Origin: Malacoraja senta
Lineage: Eukaryota
DNA: 64,000 nucleotides
Direction of reading: 5' to 3'
Assembly (NCBI GenBank): GCA_038087875.1
Contig: CM075979.1
Coordinates: 14,446,001-14,510,000, forward strand
This document shows, piece after piece, positions 1-13,614 of this stretch; the first letter of the stretch is position 1, and each line of letters begins with the position of its first letter. The notes below the pieces were generated by a model that worked only from the letters and a program-made list of their open reading frames with translations, was not told where the DNA came from and ran no database searches. Position numbers and translations under genes: made by a program.

Positions 1-343
1 TCAAGTATATTGTCAGCTTCTTTAACTCCCAACGGGCCACCTTCTAGTAATTCTGCTTATCCTAGCTTGTTCTTTTCAACAGCTCCTTGCTTGCCAAGGA
101 AGTCTGATTACATGCCACCTGAATCTCCATTCCCAAAGGAGCCAAGACACCCTCAATATACACATGAATCTACAGAATGACACATGTGACCTGAAGCCAA
201 ATTGCAACATAACTTAATTAGTGAAGTTGATAGTTTTCTCAATGAACAGTGAAAACCAAACTTGACATTTCCAAGTAACACTATGCTAGTTTTGCATCTT
301 AATTCCTATGTTTTTTGCCTTGCTTCAATTTGAGATTCTCGGG

Positions 344-433
344 CTGAAGAAGGGTCTTGACCTGAAATGCCACCTGTTGCTTTTCTCCAGAGATGCTGTC
401 AAACCGCTGAGTTACTCCACCTTTTTGTGTCTC
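344..433 (+). mobile_element. PLE terminal-repeat fragment with degenerate hammerhead motif
   Basis: ctgaagaagggtcttgacctgaaatgcc followed by the ctccagagatgctg...gagttactcc block seen in the other copies. Confidence 0.7.
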
Positions 434-669
434 TCTTTAATGAAAACTGTGTTTGGAACACACTGCATCTTGGAATGAATGACATTCATTTAGGCCGAAT
501 CATGTTAAGTGTGTGCAGTACCATTTGGGCGAGTTTCTGGCATCTCTCAGGAAGACCACAGTTTTAAATGACTGATAAATTAAAATGTAGAATGCAGCAC
601 CGAGCATGCTGAGTACATGGCATGTGCTGCCATGGCATGTGATGGAGACATACAAGAATGATATTTTGG

Positions 670-870
670 ATAGATACTTGACAGCTGGGGTTATTGCTTG
701 AGGCAGATATGCTAGTGGTATTTAAGAGACTTTTAGATAGACAATTAGATCTACAGGGTAAGGAACGATACAGATAATGTGCAGGCTGATAAGAGTTGGC
801 CTTGCATCATGTTTAGTACATACATTGGTGGCCAAAGGGCCTGTTCTTGTGCTGTACTGTTCTGTTTTAT
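670..870 (+). mobile_element. CR1 (HER1-like) LINE 3' end, degraded
   Basis: tttaagagacttttagatagac ... ggccaaagggcctgttcttgtgctgtactgttc, a typical CR1 3' terminus. Confidence 0.65.
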
Positions 871-1712
871 AAATCGACCAATCCAACCATTGTTTTATTT
901 ACACAATTGCTTTTAACATTTCACCATTAAAGATCAATCGACCTTATTAAATTATTAAATACTAAACCCCCAACTCCATCTGCACTTAACAATAAAGCAA
1001 AGAAAATCTGAAAAGGTAATAAGGACCTATCAGCTGCTGTGGAGTGAGGGACAAATGATGTGCTTTCATCACAGCAGATGTCAAAGTTATTAATACTTTT
1101 AAACACAAACGTATGCTGGGGAAGGGAAGAATAAAAATATTTGTGAAAGCAGGAGAGATTGTATTCCTAAAGGAATGTGAAAAGACAAATAAGATAAAAC
1201 AGAAGACCTCGGAGGTTCTCCCGATCGATAGCTGGCTCTCGGTCAAAATGTTGACAGCAACTCCAATTATGTGTGGTTTGTGCTAAACTTCCATCAAAGC
1301 AAACTCAATTCAGAAAAAAACTCTTCAGGAAATTTCTGTTTCCCATCTTTTAAAAATCTAAATAAACATTTTGAATCTAATCATTCACATTTTGAATAAT
1401 TTCCTAATAAATGATTTTTTTCATCTGAGCTGGCATTCGCATGCCACGGCACAGCTTCCGAGTGAATTTGTAATGCCACTCCTCTGAGATTGAAGTCCAG
1501 AATTAAGCCATCAAGTCAAGTTCATTATTATATGCACAAGTATGCAGAGATGCAGATAGAATGAATATCGTGCTTGTAACCGCATCAAACCTGCTTGCTT
1601 ACAGAAAGTCTTTGCTGCAGACTCAGAAAGCACACACAACATACATTAGATATTAATTACATATAAATTGTAGAAAGGCTGTAGAAAGAAGATTGAAAAA
1701 ATCAAGACATAA

Positions 1713-2328
1713 GTTTAGTTTAGAGATACAGGCCCCAAGGCCCACCGAGTCTGCACCAACCAATAATCACCAATAATCGAACACTAGTTCTATCCCACAC
1801 TTTTTGGACAATATACAGAAGCCAATTATCCTGCAAACCCTCTTTGTCTTTGGAATGTGGGAAGAAACTGGAGAAAACCCACACGGTCCCAGGGAGAACA
1901 TGCAAACTATGTATAGGCATCTGCCATAGTCAGCATCGAACTCGGGTCTGGCATTGTAATGGCCCTGTCCCACTGTATAAGTTCATTCAAGAGCTCTCCC
2001 GAGTTTAAAAAAAAAATCAACCTCCTGGTAAGCACGGAAAATGAACGTAGCGGGTACGTCGGAGCTCGGGGACGTCTCTTAGCGGCTCATAATGCTAACG
2101 GCAGGTACTCGGGAAGACTCGCTAACGGCAGTTAAGCTCAGGAAGACTCGTGAAGATTTTTCAACATGTTGAAAAATGTCCACGAGAGCCCCGAGTACCG
2201 ACGAGCAGCCATTACCGTAAATCTCCGAGTTCGAATCAGGGCAAACTCGGGAGAACTCTTTGAATGAACTGGTACAGTGGGGCAGGGCTTTGAGGCAGCA
2301 ACTCTACCGCTGCCCCACTGTGCCACCC
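1713..2328 (-). mobile_element. HE1-like tRNA-derived V-SINE, interrupted by a MITE at 1960-2290
   Basis: Reverse-strand tRNA-like head, V-domain and tail, matching other copies such as 56698-57011; flanked by Rex1-like 3' debris (about 1512-1710 and 2329-2590). Confidence 0.85.
1960..2290. mobile_element. PIF/Harbinger-type MITE
   Basis: About 45-bp TIRs (ggccctgtcccactgta...tacagtggggcagggc); inserted at the TAA of the host SINE, TSD taa/tga. Confidence 0.85.
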
Positions 2329-2863
2329 ATTAGTGCAAAACCCAATCTGGAAACATATCCACGGGTGGGGGGGGGGGGGGGGGGAATTTGACTAAAGTAG
2401 GATTAGGGTGTGTGGATCAGTTCAAGAACCTTATGGTTGTTGGAAAGTAGCTGGTAGTGTGGGGTTTTCAGGCTTCTGGCCTTCTGCCTAATAATAAGTG
2501 AGAAGAAGACATGGCCAGGATGGTGGGAATCTGTGATGCCACCTTCTTGAGCCAGTTCATCATGCAGATGCTTTTGATGTTGTCCCTATCTTGAGTGCAT
2601 CTAGCACTTTGTCAGGGAAACATTTTGCATATTAGCTGAAAGCAATGAGATATGATTTTCAAGGTCACAAATTAAAAAGCTTTTAGTCCCCTTTCCACAT
2701 TTCAATTGCAGCAAATGCTCAGATCCAAGTCAACATAAACATACATCTGAAATTAAGGTCTTGCATCCAGCAGAACAGTGACAAATTGTCACACTTTGCA
2801 GCTCCGAAAATCACAAATACAAATCATGTTTGGCAAAATATATGAATTAAATGGCTCCAACAT

Positions 2864-3460
2864 GTAATAATAATAGATTTTATTCAAGGGCGCCTATACA
2901 AAAGTCTCAAGGACACCTTACAAAATTTAACAAAGAAACATATAATCAGAGTAAAATAAGTTATAAAGACATCACAAATACACAAATTAAAGACAGAAAT
3001 TCGATCCAAAAAAGACAACAACAAAAATTCAGAAACACAATGTGAACGGAGAGCAGCGGCAGCCAAACCGCGCCAGCGTCCACTCTCCCTTCCGACCGCC
3101 ATCTTGGACATAGACTAACATAGACACTACACACAAAATCATCCCCCCACAGTGGTTACCACTGTGGGGGAAGGCACAATGTCCAGTCCCCAACCCCAGT
3201 TCTCCCCAAAGTCAGGCCTATTGAGGCCTCCACAGTTGCCTCTACGGAGGCCCAATGTTCCTGGCCGTTCTCGCCGGGTGCAGTTGCCCCGGCGTCGGGA
3301 GAGTCCTCGCAGCAGCTGGGACGGCTGGAACGGCCGGTTTCCTACCGGAGTCCGTGGCACCTGAAGCCGACAAGGCCGCGCCGATTTGGAGCTCCGAGGC
3401 TCCCGATGTTAAAGTCGGCGCCGCTCCGCAGACCCGCAGCCCGGTTATTATTATTATTAT
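2864..3460 (-). mobile_element. Non-coding retroelement with L2-like 3' tail and (TAT)n end
   Basis: Minus-strand ggtgtccttgag...aggcgccc...aataaaa(tat)n tail and GC-rich body; a second, truncated copy lies at 23995-24377. Confidence 0.6.
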
Positions 3461-3974
3461 GACAAATTCAGAGAGATGAATGGCCACGTTAGTTCAGCAA
3501 CAGAGAATAACCTGTTACCTCATAATCAGTTTACCAGAATTCCCAGAACGGTCCGGTACTCACCATGTTTTATTGCTTTGTTTGAAATGAAGATCCTCGT
3601 TATCAATCTCCTAGACCTTAGGAGATTGGTATTTCATTTTTCTCGCTGGTTATGTTAGCGATGAGTTATTTAGTCAAGCTACAGTAAAATCTCATGTGGG
3701 CAATTTATTGCACTGAAGAAGGATAATCAGGACTCCTGGGCACTGCTCCTGTCCCCTTTTTTTGAATGAAGTAGTGTGCAGATCCCAATGTTGATGGCTA
3801 TGAAAAACTGTCTGAATTTGCCAACAGTTGTCTCAAAATGGCTTTCAAACAGAGTCGTTTATCAAATCCCCTTTTTGCATTCAATATAAAGCACACTAAA
3901 CTAAGAACTGCTGCCAATTAGGATCAATTTATTTGGGACAAGGACAGCATCACATTTTCTTTTGTAAATATTAG

Positions 3975-5375
3975 AACATGAATCAGTACAACAAAGTCTC
4001 TTTGGCCCACAATGTCTGTGCCAAAAATGGTGCCACGCTAAACTAATCTCCTCTGCCTGCACATGATTCATAACCCTCCGTTCCCTACATATCTATGTGC
4101 TTATCTTAAAACCTCTTAAATGTCAATATCATATCTGCTTTGATCACCAACCCTGGCAGTGCATTCCAGGCACACATTTCAAACTGTCTAAAAATACATA
4201 TTTCACACAACTTTAAACTGCACCCCTCTCACCTTCAAGTTAGGCTCTATAGCCATTGACATTTCCATCCTGGGAAAATGGTTCTGACTAATAAAACCTC
4301 TCATATGTTAGATACCTATATGTTCCAGAGAAAACAATCCAAGTTTGTCCAACCTCTCCTTAAAGCTAATATATTATAATCCAGGTAGTGTTCCAAGTAA
4401 ATCCCTTTTGCACCCTCTCCAAACCCTCTACATCCTTCCTGTCATGAGACAACCAGGACTGCACACAATATTGCAAATGCGGACAAACCAAGACCTATAA
4501 AGCATCATGACTTCCTGACTCTTATCCTCAATATGCTGACCGATGAAGGCAAGCATACCATATGCCTTCTTTACCATCCTATCTACTTGTGTTGCCACTT
4601 TAGGGAACAGTGGACCTGGTCCCCAAATCCTTCTGTACATCAATGCTGTTTTGGGTCTTGCCATTAATTGTATACTTTCCCCTTACATTTGACCTCACAA
4701 AGTGCGATACCCCATACTTGCTCAAATTAAATTCTATTTGCCATTTCTCCGCCCTTTTCTGTTGCAGATCCAACCCCACTGTATACTTTGATAACCTTCA
4801 TCCCCTGTCCCCTTTCCCACTAATTTTGGCATCATCTGCAACATTTGTAAGCAACTAATCAACATTTACTTCCAAGTATTTTATATTTATATCACAAACA
4901 ACAGAGGCCCCAGCACAAATCTCTGTGGAACATCCACCAGTCACAGACCTGCAACTAGAATCACACCCTTCTGCCACAACTCTTTATCATCTATAAGTAG
5001 GCTAGTTCCGAATCTAAAAGGCCAAGTCACCATTAATCCCATACTTGATCTTCTGGATGAGCCTAACATGAGGATCTTTATCAAATGCTGTACTGAAATC
5101 TTTGTCGACAACCTCCACTGCCCCATCCTTGTTGATCACCTTCGCCATCCTCTCCAAAACCTCAATCAATTCGTAAAACATAACCTGCCGTGAATCAAGC
5201 CATGCTGACTGTCCCCAATGACTTTAACTTCAAAATGAAAGTAAATCCTCTGTGAAGAATCCTCTGCAATACATTCCCAGCCACTGACTGGAGGTTCACC
5301 AGCCTATAATTTCTTGGATTATCTCTACTTCCTTTCTTAAACAAAGGAACAACTTTGTCCACTCTCCAGTCCCCC
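3975..5375 (-). mobile_element. CR1 LINE, 3' about 1.4 kb, degraded RT region
   Basis: ORF remnant VATQVDRMVKKAYGMLAFI and CR1 3' terminus near 3975-4020. Confidence 0.85.
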
Positions 5376-6012
5376 TGAAGAATTAAAATGCAGTGCAGGT
5401 GTGGCCCTTGACAGATTTTCCTGATGCTATTAATATGTCATTTATGTGGATTGTTCAGAACATGTATGCTTAAGGGTTACCAAATGAATTATATCTGCCC
5501 TTCCCTCTCCTCCCTTTTAGTGTTCATTACACAGGAATAAATTCTGGAGTCTACCTAAAGCTAACCTGCTATTTCATGCCATCCCTCCACTTTAAGGGAT
5601 AGTGAACCCTGCCTCCAACCTGGATGACATTATCACGGTCTCAAGGAACAACCGCTCTTTATTTTCTGAAGCTGATATCATGGGCTTAATTTGAAGCAAG
5701 CATATAAGATTTCTTATATCTTCTGGGCATTGGAAGCTGTCAATTGATGAGGTGACATGCCAGTGGAACAAGTGGCCAGTATAATGCCTTGTGCCCGATC
5801 ACAATATGGGGGGAAAAAATGGTAATCATGTTTGGTCAAATGAAATGGCCATAAATTCCACCCATCAACAACTGCTTAATTACATTTAAGAATTAGCTAT
5901 TGTAGAAGCACCCGCACACATTTCACAGTTTCCAGATTTCCAACCATTCAACATTGATAGGCATGATAGACATGAAGCATATCACTCATGCACAAATCAA
6001 CCGGCATGTATG

Positions 6013-6177
6013 CACACACACACACACGCACACACACACACACACACACTCATGCTCACGCACATGTGCACGCATGCACTCACACACGCTCGCTCACACT
6101 CGCTTACACACACACTCGCACACACACACGCTCTCACACACACACACACACGCTCACACACACACACACACACACTC
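6013..6177. repeat. Imperfect (CA)n microsatellite
   Basis: Seen directly; explains the His/Thr-rich ORFs at 5954-6279. Confidence 0.95.
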
Positions 6178-6786
6178 AAACAACATGAACATAGGCCCTT
6201 TGGACCACCTTACCACAACGATCATCAAACATATATTCTGGTTGGTGTGGATATTTTAACACATACAGTTTCAGTATAGGGCTATAATTTCTCTGGATTC
6301 TAGCATTCGAGATTCAAGTGGGTCACAGCATGCCAGCAATATCTTAAGCCCCAGACCAGAGAGATGTCAATGGTTCCATCGATTATGATTCTGCTGATAT
6401 TCTCATAACGCCACTTGAAATATATATTTTTCTAAACTGGTACCCATTGATATTTCACTCACATAACACTTGTACCTTTGAAGGAAACATTCTGAAATGA
6501 CAAAGGATTTGCAAAAGTGCATAATGGCCTTCGCCATTCCTGGAGGGCACTAAAGATAATTTATCCTGTAATAGGTTTATGCTACGAATGAGATGGAGTC
6601 CGCCAAAGCTGAAATTATTTCCGCAGCAGAGGTTTTAGGACTGAGCACAGCCTTGATCTCCCACTGCAGGTTAATAATTGACATTTCCTAGGTTAGAAAT
6701 CCAACATAATCTTCAAATCAGATCAGTCATCTAATGTCACTGTTGAGGCATCCTGATGGTAGCATTGCAGTGAACATTTATAAATT

Positions 6787-7552
6787 CATAGAACATAGAA
6801 CAGTACAGCACAAGAACAGGTGATTCTGCCCACAGTGTCTGTGCCGAACTTGACACCAAGACCATCACTTATCTACCTGCACATAACCCATATCCCTCCA
6901 TTCCCTACATGTCCATATACCTATCCAAAAATCTTTCACATCACTAATGTATCTGCTTCAAATGATACGATACAATAGAACTTTAGTTATCCCAGGAGGG
7001 AAATTGATCTGCCAACAGTCATAAAACACAAGATACATGAAACATGAAATTAAAGTGACGGGTGGAAAGGATTAGGGATGTGCAAAGATTAGAGGGGTGG
7101 TGGGGTGGTGGTGTGGAGTGGAGTCAGTCTACCCCACCACAGAAGGGGGACAAGTTGTACAGTTTGATAACCACAGGGAAGAAGGATCTCCTGTGGCGTT
7201 CTGTACTGCATCTTGGTGGAACCAGTCTGTTGCTGAAGGTGCTCCTCAGGTTGACCACCCTTGGCACAGCGTTTAAGGCACTCACCACTTTCTGTGTAAA
7301 AATAAACTTGTCCCACATCTATTTTAAACATTGCCCCTCTCTCGTTAAAGCCATGCCCTCTAGTATTTGATTTTTCTATCTTGGGATATAAATTCTGATT
7401 GTCTACCATATCTATGCCTTTCATGATTTCATACACTTCTAGCAGGTCTCCCCTTAACCTCCAGAGAACATAATCCAAGTCTGTCCAACAACTCGCTGTA
7501 GCTAATACCCTAAGCTAAGCATAATTCTGGTAAACCTCCTCAGCACCCTTTC
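6787..7552 (-). mobile_element. CR1 3' fragment split by a Rex1-like 3' fragment (about 6962-7258)
   Basis: RLRGDLLEVYEIMKG CR1 C-terminal motif; inner piece encodes TERHRRSFFPVVIKLYN and has a gatac-type tail. Confidence 0.75.
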
Positions 7553-9120
7553 TGAATTTCTGATCGTAAAAAATGTTCCCTTTTGCCAGAGAGTTTACTT
7601 TCATTCTCTAATGATCATTCACCACATTCTTGCAATCTCGATGTTAACTCCGGAAGAATCTGAGCAATTTGCACTGGAAAATTTAATATTTGATAGGTTT
7701 TCCCACCATAAACATGGATCAAATCCAGGCAAGTTGGACCAGCTTAGATGGGGCATTTTGGTCGGCATGGATGAGTTTAGTTTAGAGTTTACTCTGGAGT
7801 TGGGCCAAAGGGCCTGTTCTGTGCTGTATGACTCTATACTGGAGGAACTCGGTGTGGAGAAACAGATGACTTTTTTGGATCGGGACCTTTTTTCACCCTT
7901 GGAAAATTTTCAAGCAATTGTGTCTACTATCGCTGCTGATTGGCCACCCTTTCGCCCCATGAGTTTCTCTCATACTTTAATGCCTTGTGATTAGGATTTA
8001 TACGTATCTTTTGTTATTTAAAATTAGCCCATCTGTTATCTTGGAGATATTTGCAACGTTGCCCATGGTGAAGACTAATGCAAAACATTGATTTAACATA
8101 TCTATAATTTCTTAGCTTCCAATTATTAATTCATCAGTCTTCTTCCCTAGAGGTCCCACACTTAACTTAGCTGCCTTTATCCTCTTTATATGTGCTTAGA
8201 AACTCTTATTATTTGTTGTGATGTTGCAAGCAAGTTTTCTTTCTCAATATCAATGTTCTTCTTGTAAGCATTTTAACTTTTTGCTGTTGGATCCAAAAAA
8301 GCTTCCCAGACCTGTGGCTTATAACCAGCTCTTAACACTATGCAAGATCTACTCTTCAATTTAACATTATCCTGGTGCTCCTTTGTTAACTGCAGATTGT
8401 GTTTATTTCTCATGCAATCGCTCTTTCTAATTGGGATAATTTCCTGCTGAGTTTATGGACATATTTTTGAACATTTCCCACTGTTCATCCACTGTTCTGC
8501 CTCTTAGTTTGTTTTCCTAGTCAACCATAGATGACTCCACCTCCATGCCATTATAAATGCGTATTTAAGTTGAAGGCAGTGGTTTTGGTGTTGGTATTGT
8601 TAATGTTTTTTAATATTTTCAAGAGTATAATCAAGCCATTACATAAGCACAATAGATAATGGCAAGAAAAAAATAGCAGAATGTAAAATATAGTGTGTTA
8701 CAGTTACAGAGGAAGCACTGCTAACGTGAAAAGTGCAAGGGCCACAAGGAGGTAGTTTGGAAGACCAGGATGACAACATATGAGAGGACCAGCATTGGTA
8801 TTGGTGTCCCATAAATAGAAACACATTAGGCTTTGAGGCACTACTTTACATCCCTAATCCTATGTACCGATGATAATTTGCACATAGCACATGTAATAAT
8901 CTGGAGTTTATCACCTTTGTAGTTCTGCTTCTCTACTTTACTCCACATAATCAACTTCCTTTCTCATTCTTCCTATGCTATTAATATATTATGTGGACCA
9001 TGACAATCTGATCCTCCCCTTCTAAGTTATATTCTAGTGCTGAATGGATGTCTTCAACCCGAGCTCCAAGATGGCAAATTGCAGAACACAGTGTCTATTT
9101 TCCTGACTATACTATCCACT

Positions 9121-9572
9121 GAGCAGTGGACAGGTGCTATAGACCTGCACGGGAAAGTAGATGCTCCCACCCCCATGAGTCTCGGGCAGATGGGGCTCGT
9201 CAGCCTGGAAAGGCAGTCCATCCAGGAGAGGCAAAACTCTGATTTAAAACCTCCACTGCCTTGTGGCCATATCCAGTCATGGAAAAGGCTCCTGGAGTAA
9301 ACCTCAAGAAAATCCGGAGTCGGAGCCCCTAAGGCAGTTTGTCGTTGTCTACAACCTCGCTCTGGCAGCTCCTGCGACGGCGCTGGTGCCAAACTGTAAC
9401 GGCCCTGCTGTTCCTTTGGATTGATCAGCGACATGGAGAGTGGGGACATGCTGCATGGGCAACAGCCTGTCCTCCATATGACATCGCCCAGGCTTGCATC
9501 CGACCACACATCACCTGCAAACTAGGATGCATCACCCATGGTCAGTCATGACCGAAGGGGGCCTACTACTAC
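9121..9572 (+). mobile_element. Non-autonomous RTE-derived element (RTE 5'UTR-like part fused to RTE 3' end)
   Basis: 11-bp TSD tactatccact (9110-9120, 9573-9583); (cta)n tail; RTE-type motif ggagaggcaaaactctgatttaaaacc; 3' end shared with 41055-41217. Confidence 0.8.
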
Positions 9573-9977
9573 TACTATCCACTATGATGACTATATTTAT
9601 GTTTTGTACCCTCACTTGAATGGTTCCTTGTGCCATGGTGCTAAGAACGGTTTTCATACGCTCCCTGCAGTTACACCCTCATCCACGCAGGGATTAAGAC
9701 ACTTACACAATAATGAGACACAAGCTAATGCAGATGCTGGATTCTTGAGGAAAAACAAAGTTCTGGAGGAACTCGATGGATCAAGCAGCATCTGTGGAGG
9801 GGGTGGTCAGACAATGTTTTGGATTGGGAACCTGCTTCAGACTGAACCTACTCTGTTGGACAAGAGCAAGGGCTGAGTTCCCTCTGGAACGAACCTTTGG
9901 GTCCCTCGATCTGCCTCGTCTCCCATGGTACAAACTGGATCCACAATCCAGTCATGGAGACATGCAGTGTGAAAACA

Positions 9978-10287
9978 AGCACAGTGCCACAGCGGTAGAG
10001 ATGCTGCCTTACAGCACTTACCGTGCCAGACTACGGTTACGACTACGGGATGCTGTCTGTATGGAGTTTGTACGTTCTCCCCATGACAGCGTGGGTTTTC
10101 TCTGAGATCTTCGGTCTCCACCCACACTCAAAAGACGTACAGGTTTGTAGTTTAATTGGCTTGGTATAAATGTAAATTGTCCCTGGTGTGTGTACGATGT
10201 GTGTTAATGTGCGGGGATAGCTGGTCGGTGCTGACTCAGTGGTCTGAATGGCCTGTTTCCAAGCTGTATCTCCAAACTAAACTAAAA
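9978..10287 (+). mobile_element. HE1-like V-SINE
   Basis: tRNA-like head, V-domain ggagtttgtacgttctcccc, (actaa)n tail. Confidence 0.85.
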
Positions 10288-11038
10288 ATCAGCCCAACTT
10301 GCCCACACCAACCAATGTCCCATTTCCACAAGTCCTACCAGCCTGCTTTGGGCCCTCATTCCTCTAAACCTATCCTATCTATGTACTTAAGTATGATCAA
10401 AAGTGGCAGAGAAAAGACCTTTGTGTGCAATGAACATGCAAGGCCAACTAGCTCTATTGCATTTGATGCCGGGTTTCATGCACAATAAAATGTTCCAGCT
10501 ATAGCAACCATATTTATTAGCCTGCGCACACCGCGTTTAACAAGCATTTCCAGGCGTGAACAATTCCGAACTACTTGTTTGAACATCTTCCTTTGATAGG
10601 TGTTAATATGAATCAATTTGCTGTGAGCAGTTCTCTATTTTGATACGGTTGTACTTGAATATTTATGTTTCTTGAGGCTCATGCTTTGTAGATGTGAATC
10701 ATATCAACCGATCTCACCCTTTATCTAGCCCGTTAGCAGTAATCATTTTAAAATTATCGAGTTTGTTTCAGAATTGTGTTGATTTATATCTAAAAAATAA
10801 TATCTACTGTCCTGAAATGTGACATTATTTTTTACTTCATATCATTTAGAAGTACAAGGGACAAGACTTTTCACTTTGGGACACAATCAATAGCAAATTA
10901 CTTTAGTTTTGATGAGTAGTTTTGCTCAGGATTGTATGCACTAACTTACATGTTCCTTAGACTACCGCTGTCAGTGTATAATTGTGGACTGAAAACATTG
11001 TTGATATGAGGAGAGAGACTTAGGAGTAGTAGCTAGAT

Positions 11039-11375
11039 TGAATTAATGTTCATATCGCTGCGTTCGGAACTGCCCAAGTGAAATATGAGGCGCTGTTCCT
11101 CCAATTTTTTGTGAGGCCTCTCTCTGACAGTGGAGGAGGCCCAAGGCAGAGAGGTCAGTATGGGAATGGGAATGGGAGTTTAAATGTTTGGAAACCAGGA
11201 GATCGCATAGGTCAAGGTGGACTGAGTCTAAGTGTTCAGCAAATCGATCGGCCAATCTGCGCTTCGTCTCACCGATATATAGGAGTGCACATCGAGAACG
11301 ATGGATACAGTGGCTGAGATTGGAGGAGGTGCAAGTGAACCTCTGTCTCACCTGAAAGGACTCGGGAATTCTGGA
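11039..11375 (-). mobile_element. Penelope-like element fragment, GIY-YIG endonuclease region
   Basis: ORF 11043-11408: RFTCTSSNL...LLYIGETKRRLADRFAEHL. Confidence 0.85.
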
Positions 11376-11880
11376 TGGACAAAAATAGAAAATCATAGGA
11401 AAACACAAGACAATTCGAATAAAATGGTCTACAAAATTACTTGATTAATAAATTATTTAAAAAAAAACATATTTTTAAAACTATTAAACCCTGCCTCCTT
11501 ATTTCACCTAGAAAAGGGCTTAAATTCAAGAGCTGCCCTGAAGACCTACAATTGTGATCAATCAGTAGATAATTGCAGTGGTGCTTAACTTAATTTATGG
11601 CCCAGCCAATTTTGGAAGCAGGACCCGCTACTAACATACTGTTTTTAATTGAGTGCAAACATCAATCCTGCCAAAGAGCTCAGTTGGACAGAATGTAATT
11701 TGTGAACAAAATGACTAGATCTTGTGCACAGCTTTGGTTGACGTGGGTAGCATTGCACTGAAACTCCAGCACAAGCAGATGTGAATCAGGCCATTGCAGT
11801 CCTGATTATAACCATTGGCTTCAACCAATGATATTTCCTCATGTTACCATTGGGTTGTTGACCACATGTTTTCATTTATG

Positions 11881-13441
11881 CAGGGCTGCCAACATTGGGT
11901 GAGAGTTGGGAGTGAGAAATTGCGAGAGACCAAGCCCGAGGGAGCATAGTGGGGGTGGGAGGAGGGTGTCCCCCCTCCCATTGATACGGAACTTTTGCAT
12001 TTTGCAGCTTGAAATTGTGCAATATGCTGCATACTGTAGCGAGCCTTTATATAACACTTGAATGCAATATATATGCTTTAAATTGGATTGGAGCATTTTT
12101 GAAAGGGGGAGGCTGAGCGATCACTGATCACTGGCCTTGGGGATACCCGGTGAGGGAGAGGAGCAACCGAGGGGGCAGTTGGTGTGGAAAAAGGGTGTCC
12201 CCGCTCCCAGGGTAGGGACTTTTTGAAATTTGATTTATTAAAATCATGTTTTAGTGCATTGTAGAAGTATGATTTCAATGTTTTTTGTATGAAGTATTTT
12301 TAAGAGGTAACTTTTTAAGGGGTAACTTTATCCACACAAAGGGTGATGGGTGTATGGAACAAGCTGCCAGAGGAGGTAGTTGAGGCAGGGACCATCCCAA
12401 CATTTAAGAAAAAGTTAGACTGATACATGGATAGGACAGGTTTGGAGGTATGGACCAAAAGCAGGTAGCGTAGCTGGGACATGTTGGCGGGTGTGGGCAA
12501 GTTGTGCAGAAGGGCCTGTTTTCACATTGTTTCACTCTATGACTACATTATACCTCCACCATGCATGAATGCTTCAAAATCAAGCGATCGAGTTTTATTG
12601 CCATATACTCAAGCATAGAAACATAGAAAATAGGTGCAGGAATAGGCCATAGGCCCTTCGAGCCAGCACTGCCATTCAATATGATCATGGCTGTTCATCT
12701 AAAATCAGTACCTTTCCTGTTTTTTCCCCATATCCCTTGATGTCGTTAGCCCCAAGAACTAAATGTAACTCTCTCTTGAAAACATCCAGTGAATTGGCCT
12801 CCACTGCCTTCTGTGGCAGAGAATTCCACAGATTCACAACTCTCTGTGTGAAGAAAGTTTGTCCTCATCTCAGTCCTAACTGCCCCCCCCCCCTTTAATC
12901 TTAAACTGTGACCCCTGGTTCTGAACTCCCCCAACATCGAGAACATTTTTCGTGCAGTTACAGTAAGTGAAAATCTAGCAGGCAAGCAGGGTGCTTTCTC
13001 CAACCACCCCCATTTGAAGTCCACTATCTTCCACCGTTTCTACCCAGTGCTTGGTACTTACTTCCAGCAGCCACTGGTTGTCCTCCTGGATGCACCGAGC
13101 CTCAGCCTGATCCATGCCGGTCACCTGGGCGAATTTGCCACAAAGACTCTCACGGCAGCGACGCAACGCTTCCGACGCCTTGCACGGAGGCTGCTCCATG
13201 GCCGAAGCTGCAGTGAGCGACTCGCCAGCCCGGCAAACACTCACCAGCCCCGCTCCCCGTCTGCATCTGTCCCCGCCGCTGCTTCTGCTTCCAACACCCA
13301 TGGCCCATGATGTTGATATGTTTTGAAATTTTCGTTGATCACAGAATTTCTCACAACAGAGCGAGAGAAATTTGTGATCAGCGTAAGAATTTGGCGAAAT
13401 GCGTGATTCTCACGCTCAATGCATGGGAGGTGGCAGCCCTG
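11881..13441. mobile_element. Non-autonomous DNA transposon (CAGGG-ended, hAT-like) carrying a TDP2-like exon and CR1 fragments
   Basis: Left TIR cagggctgccaac at 11881, right TIR tggcagccctg ending 13441; tgaga/tctca subterminal repeats at both ends; CR1 3' pieces at 12317-12545 (+) and 12616-12955 (-); TSD cannot be checked because a gap follows. Confidence 0.65.
13062..13199 (-). pseudogene. TDP2: TDP2-like first coding exon (N-terminal UBA-like domain), apparently transposon cargo
   Basis: gccATGG start; MEQPPCKASEALRRCRESLCGKFAQVTGMDQAEARCIQEDNQWLLE resembles vertebrate TDP2 RRLLCVEFASVASCDAAVAQCFLAENDWEME; phase-0 donor gtaagt follows directly (13061-13056). Confidence 0.75.
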
Positions 13442-13444
13442 CCT

Positions 13445-13614
13445 NNNNNNNNNNNNNNNNNNNNNNNNNNNNNNNNNNNNNNNNNNNNNNNNNNNNNNNN
13501 NNNNNNNNNNNNNNNNNNNNNNNNNNNNNNNNNNNNNNNNNNNNNNNNNNNNNNNNNNNNNNNNNNNNNNNNNNNNNNNNNNNNNNNNNNNNNNNNNNNN
13601 NNNNNNNNNNNNNN
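13445..13614. other. Assembly gap
   Basis: Run of N. Confidence 1.

Noticed and set aside
5954-6279. His/Thr-rich ORFs
   Set aside because: They are translations of a (CA)n microsatellite.
12975-13301. Functional TDP2 gene
   Set aside because: No catalytic-domain exons are recognisable downstream, and the exon is duplicated and tied to transposon ends.
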